Below, piece after piece: positions 51,606-61,910 of a DNA stretch of 64,000 nt; the first letter of the stretch is position 1; every line of letters starts with the position of its first letter. This DNA is from Escherichia phage vB_EcoM_MM02. The notes under the pieces were generated by a model. The model searched no databases. It had not been told where the DNA came from and was given only the letters and a program-made list of their open reading frames with translations. Position numbers and translations under genes: made by a program. The DNA lies in the sequence record MK373784.1, one strand, 5' to 3'.

Positions 51606-54600
51606 ATGGCTACATTAAAACAGATACAATTTAAAAGAAGCAAAGTGGCAGGAGTTAATCCTACTGCAGCACAATTAGCCGAAGGCGAATTAGCGATAAA
51701 CTTAAAAGACCGAACTCTTTTTACTAAAGATGACCTCGGTAATATTATTAGCCTAGGCTTTGCTAAGGGTGGGGATATTAACGGTAATGTAACTCAAACT
51801 GGTGATTATTTACAAAACGGCACGTATAATCTCAATGGAAATCAGTTTGTTTATGCAGGAAAATACATTGAATTTTTACCTAAAACCACTGGAAATGGCG
51901 CTTGGGCTAACCAACATTCGAATAAAGCCCCTATCTTTACAGATTTAAGTTCAACTACTTCTGTTTCAGAATACCATCCACTGATTAAACAACGCTATAA
52001 AGATGGAACTTTTTCTGCTGGTACATTAGTAAACGAAGGTAGTTTTAAATTCCATTATATTGATGAAACCGGGACTTCAAAATACTGGACTTTTAATCGA
52101 AACGGTAATTTTCAAGTTGATTCCGGAAGTTTATTAGTATCTAATGGATATTTAGTTACTCAAAGTAATATTGAAACTAAAGCTGGTTCTTTAATTGGTC
52201 CTAAAGTTATTACCAAAAATATCAATGTGAGCACTAAATCTTGGGACACTAATATTGATACTGCATATGATTTAGTTTCATTACCGACTTGGCACTATAC
52301 TCCAACCGAAACAGATTTGGATACTAATGGTATAAACTACCTTCGTAAATTCCGCGGACATGTTTCTTCTGCTATTTTCCATGAAGTTGCTGATGCTCGT
52401 TCAGGTAAACCACAGAATATTTCGTATTGGACGGGACGTAATGCCGAAGTTTATCAATGGTCTTATACCACAGATGGGCGTATGTCTGTTGCTAATTCGA
52501 TAGGTATAGGTCTTGCTGATGTTGGTGACCAAGGACGTTATCCATTGGTTTCGTTTGGTAAAGGTATTGCAATTGGTGACAATGATACTGGTATTAAATG
52601 GGTTCGTGACGGCGTTATTGATTTGATTGCTAACGGGGTTTCGACCGGTACAATAAACAGTACTGGTGTTAATAGTACAAAGAAATTAACAGTTGGGTAT
52701 AGCCGTGATTCTGGATCTACTTGGGATTATCCGAATACCAACCAGGCAATGTTCAGCGCTAGAACAGAAGTTGATGGTAATAATAACGGTGATGGTCAAA
52801 CTCACATTGGTTATAGTTCTAATGCTAAGATGTATCATTATTTCCGTGGCGCTGGCCGCATGGCCATCAGCATGGGTGAAGGTCTTATTGTCGAACCAGG
52901 AATTCTTGATATTAAAACCGGTTCAAATTCGTTAAATTTGCGTGCTGATGGTACCATCGCTTCTGTTCAAACGTTAAAACTTAATAATGGATTATATTTT
53001 AATGGTGATGGAACTAATGCTTCTCTAATTTTTAAAGCAGCTTCAGGTATTGATGGTACTAAGCAAATTTTGTGGGAAGGCGGTACTCGTGCAGGTCAGA
53101 ACAAAAGTTATGTGACCGTGAAAGCATGGGGTAACTCATTTAATGCTACTGGTGATAAAGCTCGAGAAACCGTATTTGAGGTTTCTGATGGCCAAGGTTA
53201 TTATTTCTATTCTCAACGCGTAGCTCCGACCGGTTCTGAAACTACAGGCCCTGTTGTAACTCAGTTCAATGGACAGGTTAATGCTAGAGGAAGCTTAATA
53301 ACCGACGGAAGTCTTAGAGTTAACGGATTAAGCACTCTAGTTGGCAACGTTACAATGAATAATGGATTGTTTGTTCAAGGTGGTGCCTCAATTACCGGAC
53401 AGGTTAAAATTGGCGGGACTGCTGATGCTTTCCGTATTTACGATGCTGAATATGGTGCTATTTTCCGTCGTTCTGAAGATAAGTTTTATATTATCCCTAC
53501 ACCTAAAGATACAGGTGAATCTGGCGGTATTTCCAACCTTCGACCATTTACCATGACATTAAGCACTGGTAAAATGGAATTTAAACACGATGTTGGTATG
53601 GGCGATAATGGTTCAGGTGGGAGTATTCTTTTTGTAGATAATACTAATAAAGCTACTACTAATAATGGGCGTATTATTGTTAATATGGCGTCAGATGCTA
53701 TTGTTTTGAACGCCCCTAACCAAGAATCATCTAACTTTATTCAAGGACGTAAAGCCAATGTAACCAAATGGTACCTTGGTATTGGCGATGGCGGCAACGT
53801 CGTTCGTATGCACAACTACACGTATGCGCATGGAATAGCTTTAAACTCTGATTCTGTTGATATCACTAAACCATTGAAAGTTGGTTCTATCCAGTTAGGT
53901 ACGGACGGTAACATCACTGGCGGTACTGGTAACTTTGCCAACTTGAACACCACAATAAATAACCTTAAGACGGATATCGTCTCAAGTTATCCAATTGGCG
54001 CTCCGATTCCTTGGCCTACTGATACACCTCCTGAAGGTTATGCCATCATGGAAGGTCAAACATTTGATGTCGACTTGTATCCTAAGTTAGCTGCAGTGTA
54101 TCCTTCCGGCTCTCTGCCTGATATGCGCGGTCAGACGATTAAAGGTAAACCATCCGGACGTGCAGTATTAAGTACAGAAGCAGATGGTGTTAAGTCACAT
54201 AGCCATAGTGCAAGTGCATCAAGCACAGATTTGGGTACTAAGACCACTTCTAGTTTTGATTACGGAAGCAAAACGACTTCAAGCTTTGATTATGGTACTA
54301 AGACCAGTAATACCACTGGCAACCATAACCATACAGTGAGTGGTAATACTAGTTCCGCTGGTGCGCACCAACACGCGCGTTCAGGTCCTCAGATACAAGC
54401 CGGCATACCCAATAACATATTCTATGACGGATATAATAGTGTAGGTGCAAACGCCAACGCTAAATTCACTGGAACCGTGAACGGTGCTACTGCAGGGTCG
54501 AATATAGCCAAAACTTCTTCAGACGGTGCCCACACCCATAGTTGGTCAGGAACTACTAGCGCTACTGGTAACCATGCTCATACTGTGGGTATTGGTGCTC

Positions 54601-54743
54601 ATACCCATTCGGTAGGTATTGGTGCTCATTCTCATACTGTTGCAATTGGTTCCCATGGACATACAATAACTGTAAATGCCACAGGAAATACAGAAAACAC
54701 AGTTAAAAACGTTGCTTTTAACTATATCGTTCGTTTAGCATAA
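51606..54743 (+). CDS. 37: long tail fibre distal subunit / receptor-binding protein gp37 (T4-type)
   Basis: 1045 aa; C-terminal His-box repeats ([28 protein letters not shown]) and TTSSFDYG repeats. Confidence 0.9.
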   Translation: MATLKQIQFKRSKVAGVNPTAAQLAEGELAINLKDRTLFTKDDLGNIISLGFAKGGDINGNVTQTGDYLQNGTYNLNGNQFVYAGKYIEFLPKTTGNGAWANQHSNKAPIFTDLSSTTSVSEYHPLIKQRYKDGTFSAGTLVNEGSFKFHYIDETGTSKYWTFNRNGNFQVDSGSLLVSNGYLVTQSNIETKAGSLIGPKVITKNINVSTKSWDTNIDTAYDLVSLPTWHYTPTETDLDTNGINYLRKFRGHVSSAIFHEVADARSGKPQNISYWTGRNAEVYQWSYTTDGRMSVANSIGIGLADVGDQGRYPLVSFGKGIAIGDNDTGIKWVRDGVIDLIANGVSTGTINSTGVNSTKKLTVGYSRDSGSTWDYPNTNQAMFSARTEVDGNNNGDGQTHIGYSSNAKMYHYFRGAGRMAISMGEGLIVEPGILDIKTGSNSLNLRADGTIASVQTLKLNNGLYFNGDGTNASLIFKAASGIDGTKQILWEGGTRAGQNKSYVTVKAWGNSFNATGDKARETVFEVSDGQGYYFYSQRVAPTGSETTGPVVTQFNGQVNARGSLITDGSLRVNGLSTLVGNVTMNNGLFVQGGASITGQVKIGGTADAFRIYDAEYGAIFRRSEDKFYIIPTPKDTGESGGISNLRPFTMTLSTGKMEFKHDVGMGDNGSGGSILFVDNTNKATTNNGRIIVNMASDAIVLNAPNQESSNFIQGRKANVTKWYLGIGDGGNVVRMHNYTYAHGIALNSDSVDITKPLKVGSIQLGTDGNITGGTGNFANLNTTINNLKTDIVSSYPIGAPIPWPTDTPPEGYAIMEGQTFDVDLYPKLAAVYPSGSLPDMRGQTIKGKPSGRAVLSTEADGVKSHSHSASASSTDLGTKTTSSFDYGSKTTSSFDYGTKTSNTTGNHNHTVSGNTSSAGAHQHARSGPQIQAGIPNNIFYDGYNSVGANANAKFTGTVNGATAGSNIAKTSSDGAHTHSWSGTTSATGNHAHTVGIGAHTHSVGIGAHSHTVAIGSHGHTITVNATGNTENTVKNVAFNYIVRLA

Positions 54744-54749
54744 GGAGAA

Positions 54750-54763
54750 GGGACTTCGGTCCC
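54750..54763 (+). terminator. terminator-like hairpin between genes 37 and 38
   Basis: gggac-ttcg-gtccc + tttttat; sits between an AAGGAG and the gp38 ATG. Confidence 0.6.
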
Positions 54764-54773
54764 TTTTTATAAT

Positions 54774-55325
54774 ATGAAACTCTATCACTATTATTTTGAC
54801 ACTAAAGAATTTTACAAAGAAGAAAATTATAAACCATTAAAAGGCGTAGGATTTCCGGCTCATTCGACACCAAAAAAACCTTTAGACCCTAAAGAAGGCT
54901 ATGCTGTTATATTTGATGAACGCGAGCAAGAATGGGTATATGTTGAAGACCATCGCGGAAAAACAGTATGGACTTATGATAAGCAAAAAATTGTTATTGA
55001 CACTCCAGGTGCTCTTCAAAATGTCACTACAGAAGAACCAGGTGAATTTGACCTTTGGACTGACGACGGGTGGAAGGAAGATGAAGCGTATAAGCGGGTA
55101 GTTCAACGTGATAAGAAAATTCATGAACTCTATAAATTATTCAGTGTTTTAAGTTCTCTTATTGATGCAGAGGTTGCTAATAGAGAAGAAAAACGAAAAT
55201 TTAAAGAGCTCAAAAAATTCTTTGCCCTTTTAGAAAAACATGAACATCTTGGCGGCGAATTCCCTAAATTCCCTGACCTTGAAAGCAAATCACTTGTTAA
55301 ACGAATTATAAATATCTTTAAGTAA
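54774..55325 (+). CDS. 38: tail fibre assembly chaperone / adhesin gp38
   Basis: 183 aa; N-terminus M-K-x-YHYYFDTKEFYKEENYKP as T4 gp38. Confidence 0.8.
   Translation: MKLYHYYFDTKEFYKEENYKPLKGVGFPAHSTPKKPLDPKEGYAVIFDEREQEWVYVEDHRGKTVWTYDKQKIVIDTPGALQNVTTEEPGEFDLWTDDGWKEDEAYKRVVQRDKKIHELYKLFSVLSSLIDAEVANREEKRKFKELKKFFALLEKHEHLGGEFPKFPDLESKSLVKRIINIFK
55307..55314 (+). promoter_or_regulatory. T4-type late promoter TATAAATA (holin t)
   Basis: Exact TATAAATA ~20 bp upstream of ATG 55335. Confidence 0.6.
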
Positions 55326-55334
55326 GGAGGTATT

Positions 55335-55994
55335 ATGGCAACACCAAAAGTGTCATTTTCGCCTAGTGATATTCTATTTGGGTTGCTAGATCGTATTTTC
55401 AAAGATAACGCTACTGGAAAGGTTTTAATGTCACGAGTAGCGGTAATTATTCTTTTGTTCCTAATGGCACTAATATGGTACAAAGGAAGTATTTTGCTGG
55501 ATTATTATGTAAGATCTAAGTATGATACTTATACTGAAATAATCCAAAAAGAACGAGCTTTACGTTTTGAATCTGCGGCTCTAGAACAACTGCAAATAGT
55601 TCATATCTCATCTGGTGCAGATTTTAGTGCTGTGTATTCTTTCAGACCTAAAAACTTAAATTATTTCGTCGACCTTATAGCTTATGAAGGCAAACTGCCT
55701 AGCACAATTTCTGAAAAGTCCCTTGGGGGATTCCCGGTGGATAAAACGGCCAATGAATATATAATTCATTTAAGTGGCCGTCATTTCTCGTCTAAATCAG
55801 AATTTGCATTTTTGCCTACAAAATCTAAAACTGCCGAACTTTCTTATATGTATAGTTGTCCATACTTTAATTTGGATAACATCTATGCTGGAACTGTGAC
55901 GATGTATTGGTATAAGGGGAATAATATACTTGAGGAAGATCGCTTAGCGGCTATATGCAACCAAGCGGTCCGAATACTAGGAAGGGCTAAATAA
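55335..55994 (+). CDS. t: holin T
   Basis: 219 aa; N-terminal TM segment then large periplasmic domain; long identity blocks with T4 T; late promoter 55307-55314. Confidence 0.9.
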   Translation: MATPKVSFSPSDILFGLLDRIFKDNATGKVLMSRVAVIILLFLMALIWYKGSILLDYYVRSKYDTYTEIIQKERALRFESAALEQLQIVHISSGADFSAVYSFRPKNLNYFVDLIAYEGKLPSTISEKSLGGFPVDKTANEYIIHLSGRHFSSKSEFAFLPTKSKTAELSYMYSCPYFNLDNIYAGTVTMYWYKGNNILEEDRLAAICNQAVRILGRAK

Positions 55995-56267
55995 TTAGTT
56001 GTTAGAATACATCGCTAAATGACGATAAATATTTTCAAAACCTTCATTGAATTCACTAATCAGTGTTTTCTTTTCTTCGGCAGTTAAATTTGTAATTAGT
56101 TTTCTAAAAGAATTCTGATTTAGCTGCCGACCATCTTTTTTAATTCCAATCTCATTCAAGAATCCGATGAAACTTGCTCGGTCTTCAACAATATCTTCCC
56201 TAGAGAATTTAATCAAAATAGAAGCAATAGTAATAATTTCACGTACGATTTCAATGTCTTTATTCAT
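55995..56267 (-). CDS. asiA: AsiA anti-sigma70 factor
   Basis: 90 aa; VREIITIASILIKFSREDIVE and NQNSFRK match T4 AsiA pattern. Confidence 0.9.
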   Translation of the reverse strand: MNKDIEIVREIITIASILIKFSREDIVEDRASFIGFLNEIGIKKDGRQLNQNSFRKLITNLTAEEKKTLISEFNEGFENIYRHLAMYSNN

Positions 56268-56313
56268 AACGTTTTATTCATTCCACTTAATTGATATGAG
56301 TATAGTACCATTA

Positions 56314-56475
56314 TCAGTGTTGATTGTAAACGGCTTTTTCTACGCTTTTAACGTAATTGGTGTAGTCTTCCTGTTCATACGAGTGTAAGACCAAGAATTG
56401 AACTAATAGTTCATTATAGACTAAAGCCTCACGCTCACGTTCGGCCTCTACTACGTTCTGAAGATTATGACTCAT
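56314..56475 (-). CDS. small hypothetical protein, ~53 aa
   Basis: ORF-track N-terminal extension overlaps next gene; ATG 56473-56475 with SD AAGGAA. Confidence 0.35.
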   Translation of the reverse strand: MSHNLQNVVEAEREREALVYNELLVQFLVLHSYEQEDYTNYVKSVEKAVYNQH

Positions 56476-56764
56476 ATTGTTCCTTATAACTATCAATGTA
56501 GTCCTGTATGTCGAAGAATGACATTTCATATTCTAGGACATTAAGAGCCCGTTCTTCAGTATAGTCAGAACCAAAGACGATAGTGATTTCACCGGGCTTC
56601 ATGTGATTGAAATCGACACTAAAAGGAATACGAGAACATACTTCGTCTGCCATATCTACGATAACACTACGACACACTTCTCGGTTAACCTGATAAAGCT
56701 CTGCAAGTTCTTCACATCGAATAACAAGTTCAGTGGCAGGATTTTCTTTGATTTTAGTAAGCAT
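56465..56764 (-). CDS. acidic small protein, possible Arn (anti-restriction) homolog
   Basis: 99 aa, strongly acidic; one gene downstream of asiA where T4 has arn; identity not verified. Confidence 0.35.
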   Translation of the reverse strand: MLTKIKENPATELVIRCEELAELYQVNREVCRSVIVDMADEVCSRIPFSVDFNHMKPGEITIVFGSDYTEERALNVLEYEMSFFDIQDYIDSYKEQYES

Positions 56765-56838
56765 AGTCTTTACCCTTATGTTTTTGTTTGCGTTTAGATT
56801 GAAGTTCTGATTTCTTCTTGTCCTTATGGACAGAAGCC

Positions 56839-57066
56839 TTATTGAAATCGTGTTTTGCTACAAGATTGTTCATAATGATTTATAACCTCATTTAAACATT
56901 TGTCTGTGAAAGAAAACTTTTTAGCCACAGAACATTCGATAATGTGCTCTTTCAAATCTTTAGAGTCAGTATAACCCATCTCAGTAATAAAGTGGCGAAT
57001 TAAAGCTTTATTCTTATCATTAACAGAATTAAAATAATCTGCTTTAGAATCAATTATTCTCATCAT
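56839..57066 (-). CDS. hypothetical protein, 75 aa
   Basis: ATG ORF in arn-motA island. Confidence 0.4.
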   Translation of the reverse strand: MMRIIDSKADYFNSVNDKNKALIRHFITEMGYTDSKDLKEHIIECSVAKKFSFTDKCLNEVINHYEQSCSKTRFQ

Positions 57067-57331
57067 CTAATTTCCTTAATTGATATTGCAACGAGCTAAT
57101 AATTTCTTCGTTCATTTTAATATACATGTCGCGCAAGAAAGGTTTTAACCCATCACGAATAATTGCTAACGTATCACCTTTACATAAATTAACCAAATAA
57201 GGATGGTCTAAAGCATCCCAACCAGGCTGATTAGCATACATACCATAATTTTCTTCCATCATAGCATTCAGGCGTTTGATATGATTAATGTGGGCTTCAA
57301 TAGCATCAATCTGGAGTTGTTTAAGATTCAT
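57050..57331 (-). CDS. hypothetical protein, 93 aa
   Basis: ATG ORF in arn-motA island. Confidence 0.4.
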   Translation of the reverse strand: MNLKQLQIDAIEAHINHIKRLNAMMEENYGMYANQPGWDALDHPYLVNLCKGDTLAIIRDGLKPFLRDMYIKMNEEIISSLQYQLRKLDDENN

Positions 57332-57792
57332 TAGTAAAGGTCCTCAGAGTAAAGTTCTTTTTCATTACCACCACGTTCAATACGTACTTGTCCAGCGTAA
57401 GTTGCAATAATCATTGCTTCTTCACGTGTCCAATAATTACTATACTGGTCAATAAACCCTTGGTCATCATCACAAACTTGTTGAGTAACTAATTGAGGTT
57501 TAACTACATCTAAAACTTCTGCCATATCTTTAGAATAATGACGAGCACCTGGAATAATAAGAGTTCGTCCATCTTTTAATTTAAAACGGTTGGCTGCGCA
57601 GACAATTCGTCGTTGATACTTTTGGTTTTCATCCCAATACAGAGTCTGCCAACAGATTTCAGGAACTTCATCTAAAACATTTTGTTCTGTATATTCACCA
57701 CCGTAAGAAGCTAATTTAGCAGCCAGACTTTCCGGAGTCTCACGCGACAAAGCTTTATCTAACAGAGCTAAACGTTCTTTAAAAGTTTTCAT
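57331..57792 (-). CDS. hypothetical protein, 153 aa
   Basis: ATG ORF in arn-motA island. Confidence 0.45.
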   Translation of the reverse strand: MKTFKERLALLDKALSRETPESLAAKLASYGGEYTEQNVLDEVPEICWQTLYWDENQKYQRRIVCAANRFKLKDGRTLIIPGARHYSKDMAEVLDVVKPQLVTQQVCDDDQGFIDQYSNYWTREEAMIIATYAGQVRIERGGNEKELYSEDLY

Positions 57793-58139
57793 TTAAACCA
57801 TCCTTTAATACGTTGCCAAATAGATTTTTGTGCTTGTTTATTTACACCAATCGAACGAATAACCGGTTGTGACTGCTGATATTCTTTATAATCTTCTTTA
57901 TAGATTTCGTAAGCTGCATCAACAAATGAACTGATCGCTGCCATGTAGTTTTTACGAAGGCCAAATGGCGCGTCATTATTTTCACGAATAACCGTATATT
58001 GACCTGCTTTAATCTTTACAATTGTCCCTAAATAAGCCCCGTGGTACCAAATATCCCATCCTTCCTGAGTAGGTTCTGCACATTTACGAAGTTCGTTAAT
58101 AATATTCAGCTTATTCATTATGTATTCCTCACAGTACAT
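57789..58139 (-). CDS. hypothetical protein, 116 aa
   Basis: ATG ORF overlapping motA 3' end. Confidence 0.45.
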   Translation of the reverse strand: MYCEEYIMNKLNIINELRKCAEPTQEGWDIWYHGAYLGTIVKIKAGQYTVIRENNDAPFGLRKNYMAAISSFVDAAYEIYKEDYKEYQQSQPVIRSIGVNKQAQKSIWQRIKGWFK

Positions 58140-58761
58140 TAGTTACAAGGGTAATGATTTCTTTGGACACATTAGGGAAGTCAATGTAAGTATATTTACC
58201 ACCGATTTTAATCTTAACATCATTTTCAAGAGAAGTAAACAGCTTTGATTCAGTTTCTGACATGTTGTATGCAAAGATTCTAAGAGCGCCATCTCGACGA
58301 ATTTCGATCTGACGAATACCTAGAACTCGTTTTGCAAATCGAACTTCTAAGTTACTACGGTTTTCACCAATTTCTTTAACTTCAACTTTATCTTTAATAT
58401 TTTCAAAAACAAAGTTTGCTAGTTCATGCATTTCAGGAGTAACTCCACGTGCTTTTCTGGTGTTACGTTTTTGAAGAAGTTCTGGAGCATTTTCTTGAGC
58501 AAATAGGTCTGCAGCTTTTTGGATAATATCCATTGCTTCGCCTGTTGCTACAAGTCCATCACCGGATTTTTCGACTAAACCTTTCTTAATCAATACACCA
58601 ATGTTAGAGTTAACAACTGATGCATTGTATTCTGCTTCCAGAGCTTCACGGACATTGGCAGCAGTGGTGAAGTTGTTCTTAATGATATAAACCATTATTG
58701 CAGCAGTTTTTTCATTCAGAGCGTTTTCAGAAGCTTTGATGATGTAAGTAACTTTAGACAT
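58129..58761 (-). CDS. motA: MotA middle-transcription activator
   Basis: 210 aa; N-terminus MSKVTYIIKAS and VVNSNIGVLIKKGLVEKSGDGL match T4 MotA pattern. Confidence 0.85.
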   Translation of the reverse strand: MSKVTYIIKASENALNEKTAAIMVYIIKNNFTTAANVREALEAEYNASVVNSNIGVLIKKGLVEKSGDGLVATGEAMDIIQKAADLFAQENAPELLQKRNTRKARGVTPEMHELANFVFENIKDKVEVKEIGENRSNLEVRFAKRVLGIRQIEIRRDGALRIFAYNMSETESKLFTSLENDVKIKIGGKYTYIDFPNVSKEIITLVTNVL

Positions 58762-58798
58762 TTTATTTCTCCAAATTAGTATTTGTTTTGATAGGTCT

Positions 58799-58827
58799 AT
58801 AATATCATGTTTGAAGCAAAAGTAAAC
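58799..58827 (-). promoter_or_regulatory. early promoter cassette, family C, upstream of motA
   Basis: GTTTAC-N17-TATTAT with embedded TGCTTCA; duplicated at 59121-59149. Confidence 0.5.
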
Positions 58828-58865
58828 TTTATTTTGGGCTCTTTTTCCAAAAGCCCTGGTAAAAT

Positions 58866-59081
58866 TTACAAACTCATTTCTTTAATAAGGCTAATAAGTT
58901 TTGCCTTTTTAGAACGAAGCTTTTCTAAATGATGTCCATTTGAACCGCGAACCACTAAAGAATTGATTTCAACTTCTAAGAAATTTAATTCTTCAACAAG
59001 TGCTTTACGGGGAGCATTCATACCAGGTTTAACTTTACCGAAACGAGTAGTTGTGTTTTGGGTTAATTTCATTTTAGACAT
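58866..59081 (-). CDS. hypothetical protein, 71 aa
   Basis: ATG 59079-59081; shares near-identical promoter and 5' leader with motA. Confidence 0.45.
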   Translation of the reverse strand: MSKMKLTQNTTTRFGKVKPGMNAPRKALVEELNFLEVEINSLVVRGSNGHHLEKLRSKKAKLISLIKEMSL

Positions 59082-59120
59082 TTTATTTCTCCAATTTGGT
59101 TGTTTTGTTTTGATAGGTCT

Positions 59121-59149
59121 ATAATATCATGTTTGAAGCACGTGTAAAC
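59121..59149 (-). promoter_or_regulatory. early promoter cassette, family C, upstream of 71-aa ORF
   Basis: Near-identical copy of motA promoter and leader. Confidence 0.5.
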
Positions 59150-59175
59150 TGTTTTGTGAGGAAAAAATGCACAAA

Positions 59176-59191
59176 GGGAGCCGAAGCTCCC
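59176..59191 (-). terminator. terminator downstream of gene 52
   Basis: gggagc-cgaa-gctccc; minus strand followed by U-rich tract. Confidence 0.55.
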
Positions 59192-59267
59192 TAATCATGT
59201 TTGTCCAACCAATATAGCCAAATCACTAGTACAGCTATTGCACCGAGAAATCCTAAGGCTAGGGCAC

Positions 59268-60593
59268 TCAAAGTGCCTCCAAGTCTTTAGTGTACTCTGT
59301 CACAACATCAGTAGACTTCCAATACTCATTTTCTTCTTTCTTAGCTTTAGCTTCTTCTGCTAGTTTACGTGCTTCGTCGGAAGTGATATGGAAGATGTTA
59401 AGACCTACCAGTTTATCGACATGTTCTTTATACATTTCGATTTGTGCTAGCTCTTCAGTCAAAGCTTTACGAGTCTTGCCCTGAATCACAATTTCACCTG
59501 TAATAACTTTTTTGATGAAGTGTGCCTTAGCAAAAGCAAGTTTAAATGCTTTTTCAGATTCAAGGATTTTATTGTCAATACGTTTCTGAACGTAAGTCTT
59601 ACGGACTTCAACAAAATCTTTGATTAAGTCCACTACGTTATCGTAGACCGCTAATTTACCCTTTTCATTAATCACTGTGATGTTTTGTGAACGACGTTCG
59701 ATGAGACTAAAATCTTTCATGATTTTTTCATGACGTAGCTCTTCATCATCAGGAAGCGAGTACTCTTTACGGAACTTCACCTTAAACCCAAAGCCGTGTT
59801 CACCGCAATCATCTTCCCATGAGATTAGACCTTTGTCTTCCAACGGGTCAAGAACCTTACTCACATACGTTTCACGGTCGAATTTATATGGGATTTCAGT
59901 TATCTGCATTTGAGTGCGAGATGTGAACTTATACGTTCCGTGAATCTCATAACGCCCATCAACTTCATGTACTTCACCACGGAATTCCGGGAATTCAACT
60001 TTTGGCTTAGTGACATTTTTACCTTGAAGAGCTTGTAATACAGCCTTTTTGACTGATTTAAAACTATGAGGCAGAATATTTGTTGCGTAACCGGTTGCAA
60101 TACCAGAGACGCCATTCAAAAGAACTGTCGGAATAATAGGAAGATAGAATTTTGGTGGAATATGTTCTTTATCTTCATGAGCTGGAGCATATTCAGTGTC
60201 TTTATATACGTTATAGAAATTTTTACTTACACGAGCAAAAATATAACGAGATGCTGCAGCTTTTTGGACTGTTCTAGAACCAAAGTTGCCTTGGCCATCT
60301 AACAGTGGATAGTTGTTGTTCCATGTGTTGGCCATCAATGCACCTGCATCTTGTGCAGAAGATTCACCATGGTGATAACCTAAATCTGCAACACCGCCTG
60401 CAATTGACGCAAGTTTATGAAATTTTTCTTTATTACCACGAGCCAAATCTAACGCGCGATGAACCACAAAACGTTGAACCGGCTTAAATCCATCAATCAT
60501 GTTTGGGATTGCACGGTTTTCAACGGTGTACATCGCATATGCTAAGGCTTCGTTATCAATAATACTTTTTAGATTACGAGAATTCAATTGCAT
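59268..60593 (-). CDS. 52: DNA topoisomerase II medium subunit gp52
   Basis: 441 aa; type II topoisomerase A-subunit-like N-terminus (AIPNMIDGFKPVQRFVV). Confidence 0.9.
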   Translation of the reverse strand: MQLNSRNLKSIIDNEALAYAMYTVENRAIPNMIDGFKPVQRFVVHRALDLARGNKEKFHKLASIAGGVADLGYHHGESSAQDAGALMANTWNNNYPLLDGQGNFGSRTVQKAAASRYIFARVSKNFYNVYKDTEYAPAHEDKEHIPPKFYLPIIPTVLLNGVSGIATGYATNILPHSFKSVKKAVLQALQGKNVTKPKVEFPEFRGEVHEVDGRYEIHGTYKFTSRTQMQITEIPYKFDRETYVSKVLDPLEDKGLISWEDDCGEHGFGFKVKFRKEYSLPDDEELRHEKIMKDFSLIERRSQNITVINEKGKLAVYDNVVDLIKDFVEVRKTYVQKRIDNKILESEKAFKLAFAKAHFIKKVITGEIVIQGKTRKALTEELAQIEMYKEHVDKLVGLNIFHITSDEARKLAEEAKAKKEENEYWKSTDVVTEYTKDLEAL

Positions 60594-60597
60594 ATTT

Positions 60598-60738
60598 TCA
60601 CCATATTAATGAACGAATAACCATTATAACATCTGAAATGAAAAGCACTACTTGGATTAGCCCAAACATCACACCGTAGTACAGAACCGTAAGCAACAAC
60701 AAGAGCCCGAAGGCTCCTGCTAAGATTTTCTTAATCAT
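60598..60738 (-). CDS. small hydrophobic peptide, 46 aa
   Basis: Hand-translated MIKKILAGAFGLLLLLTVLYYGVMFGLIQVV...; one predicted TM helix; stop 4 nt before gp52 ATG. Confidence 0.35.
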   Translation of the reverse strand: MIKKILAGAFGLLLLLTVLYYGVMFGLIQVVLFISDVIMVIRSLIW

Positions 60739-60884
60739 TACTCGCCTTTTAACACGTTAAGAAGAGCTAAGACCGCTAAGGTACCTTGTGATACGGCCTG
60801 TTGAAATACTGTTGTTTCGCCTGTAACTAAAGTGTTAACGAATAAAAACGACCAACACAGCAATGCAATAATCCATGCTATCAT
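60738..60884 (-). CDS. small hydrophobic peptide, 48 aa
   Basis: Hand-translated MIAWIIALLCWSFLFVNTLV...; stop overlaps start of previous peptide. Confidence 0.35.
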   Translation of the reverse strand: MIAWIIALLCWSFLFVNTLVTGETTVFQQAVSQGTLAVLALLNVLKGE

Positions 60885-60936
60885 TTTAATTACCTCAAAA
60901 ATAAATTAAAGGCCCAACTTAATAGGCCTATATAAA

Positions 60937-61383
60937 TTAGTAACTCTGCAGAATGAATTTGAAATTATCAGCCAGAAGACGGTTCATTTCAGTGAGTGTT
61001 TGATATTCTGATGTATGGTTGCGAGTGAATGCCAGAGCCAATTGACCTTTACCATAACCAGTGGTCAGTGGTTTCATGTTCTTAGCTGCAACAAAGATTA
61101 CATCATATTCAATATTGTTAGTGCCCATGGTACGGGCTAGTTGCGAACGGCCTTGTCGAATGTGAGAAAGAATTGCATCCAACCCTTGTTTAGAACGTTG
61201 ACGTCCTACAAAGAATCGTGCTGCTACTTGACGCCAATCAGATGAACCTTTAACAAAGAAGTAAAAACCTTCACGAGAACGAAACTCTTTAGAAACTTCG
61301 GAACCGTATTCGCCATTACGAACTACTGCAACAACTTCACCACCAACTGCCAGAAGGTCTTTACGAGTTAAATATTTGGACAT
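60937..61383 (-). CDS. ndd: Ndd nucleoid-disruption protein
   Basis: 148 aa; [12 protein letters not shown]...[14 protein letters not shown] and C-terminal [13 protein letters not shown]...LADNFKF as T4 Ndd. Confidence 0.8.
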   Translation of the reverse strand: MSKYLTRKDLLAVGGEVVAVVRNGEYGSEVSKEFRSREGFYFFVKGSSDWRQVAARFFVGRQRSKQGLDAILSHIRQGRSQLARTMGTNNIEYDVIFVAAKNMKPLTTGYGKGQLALAFTRNHTSEYQTLTEMNRLLADNFKFILQSY

Positions 61384-61421
61384 GCTAATTTCCTCAATTG
61401 ATTAATGTTTTTGTAATCCAT

Positions 61422-61456
61422 GAGAGCATTATACTCTGCTCTCAAGAGTTTGTACA
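61422..61456 (-). promoter_or_regulatory. early promoter cassette, family A, upstream of ndd
   Basis: TATAAT flanked by 7-bp arms GAGAGCA / TGCTCTC. Confidence 0.5.
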
Positions 61457-61459
61457 ATT

Positions 61460-61660
61460 TTATTCGGCTATATCAGAACGTTCAAAAAGCTCTTCAACAG
61501 TTAAACATTCAGTGTCATCTTCAATAAAGAATCGAGTCCAACACGTTGGGGCGATACAGTTATGAGTTTGTCCGGCGATAGAAGCTACACGAATAAGCTG
61601 CTGACCGTTATTCAGAACAAATTTTTCACCAATTTCAACATCTTTAAAAAGCTTAGCCAT
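61460..61660 (-). CDS. hypothetical protein, 66 aa
   Basis: ATG ORF with SD GAGGAA and promoter cassette upstream. Confidence 0.4.
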   Translation of the reverse strand: MAKLFKDVEIGEKFVLNNGQQLIRVASIAGQTHNCIAPTCWTRFFIEDDTECLTVEELFERSDIAE

Positions 61661-61680
61661 TTTGTGTTCCTCATGTTTAA

Positions 61681-61718
61681 GTAGGACTACTATACCATAA
61701 TCCTACCGTGATGTAAAC
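61681..61718 (-). promoter_or_regulatory. early promoter cassette, family B
   Basis: GTTTAC -35; arms GTAGGA / TCCTAC; paralogous to 62194-62230. Confidence 0.45.
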
Positions 61719-61910
61719 AATTAAATTACATTAAAATATGTTAAAGCCAACCATGTTCCAGTGAACGAACATGCGATGTAAAACCACGCATCACAAATTG
61801 TTCTTAGTACAATAAGAAGTGCATTTTTCATAAGTACCTCAACACAATTGAAAATATTATACAAATCATTGGGATACTAAGCAACCATATTCCTATCCAC
61901 ATTTTAGAGC

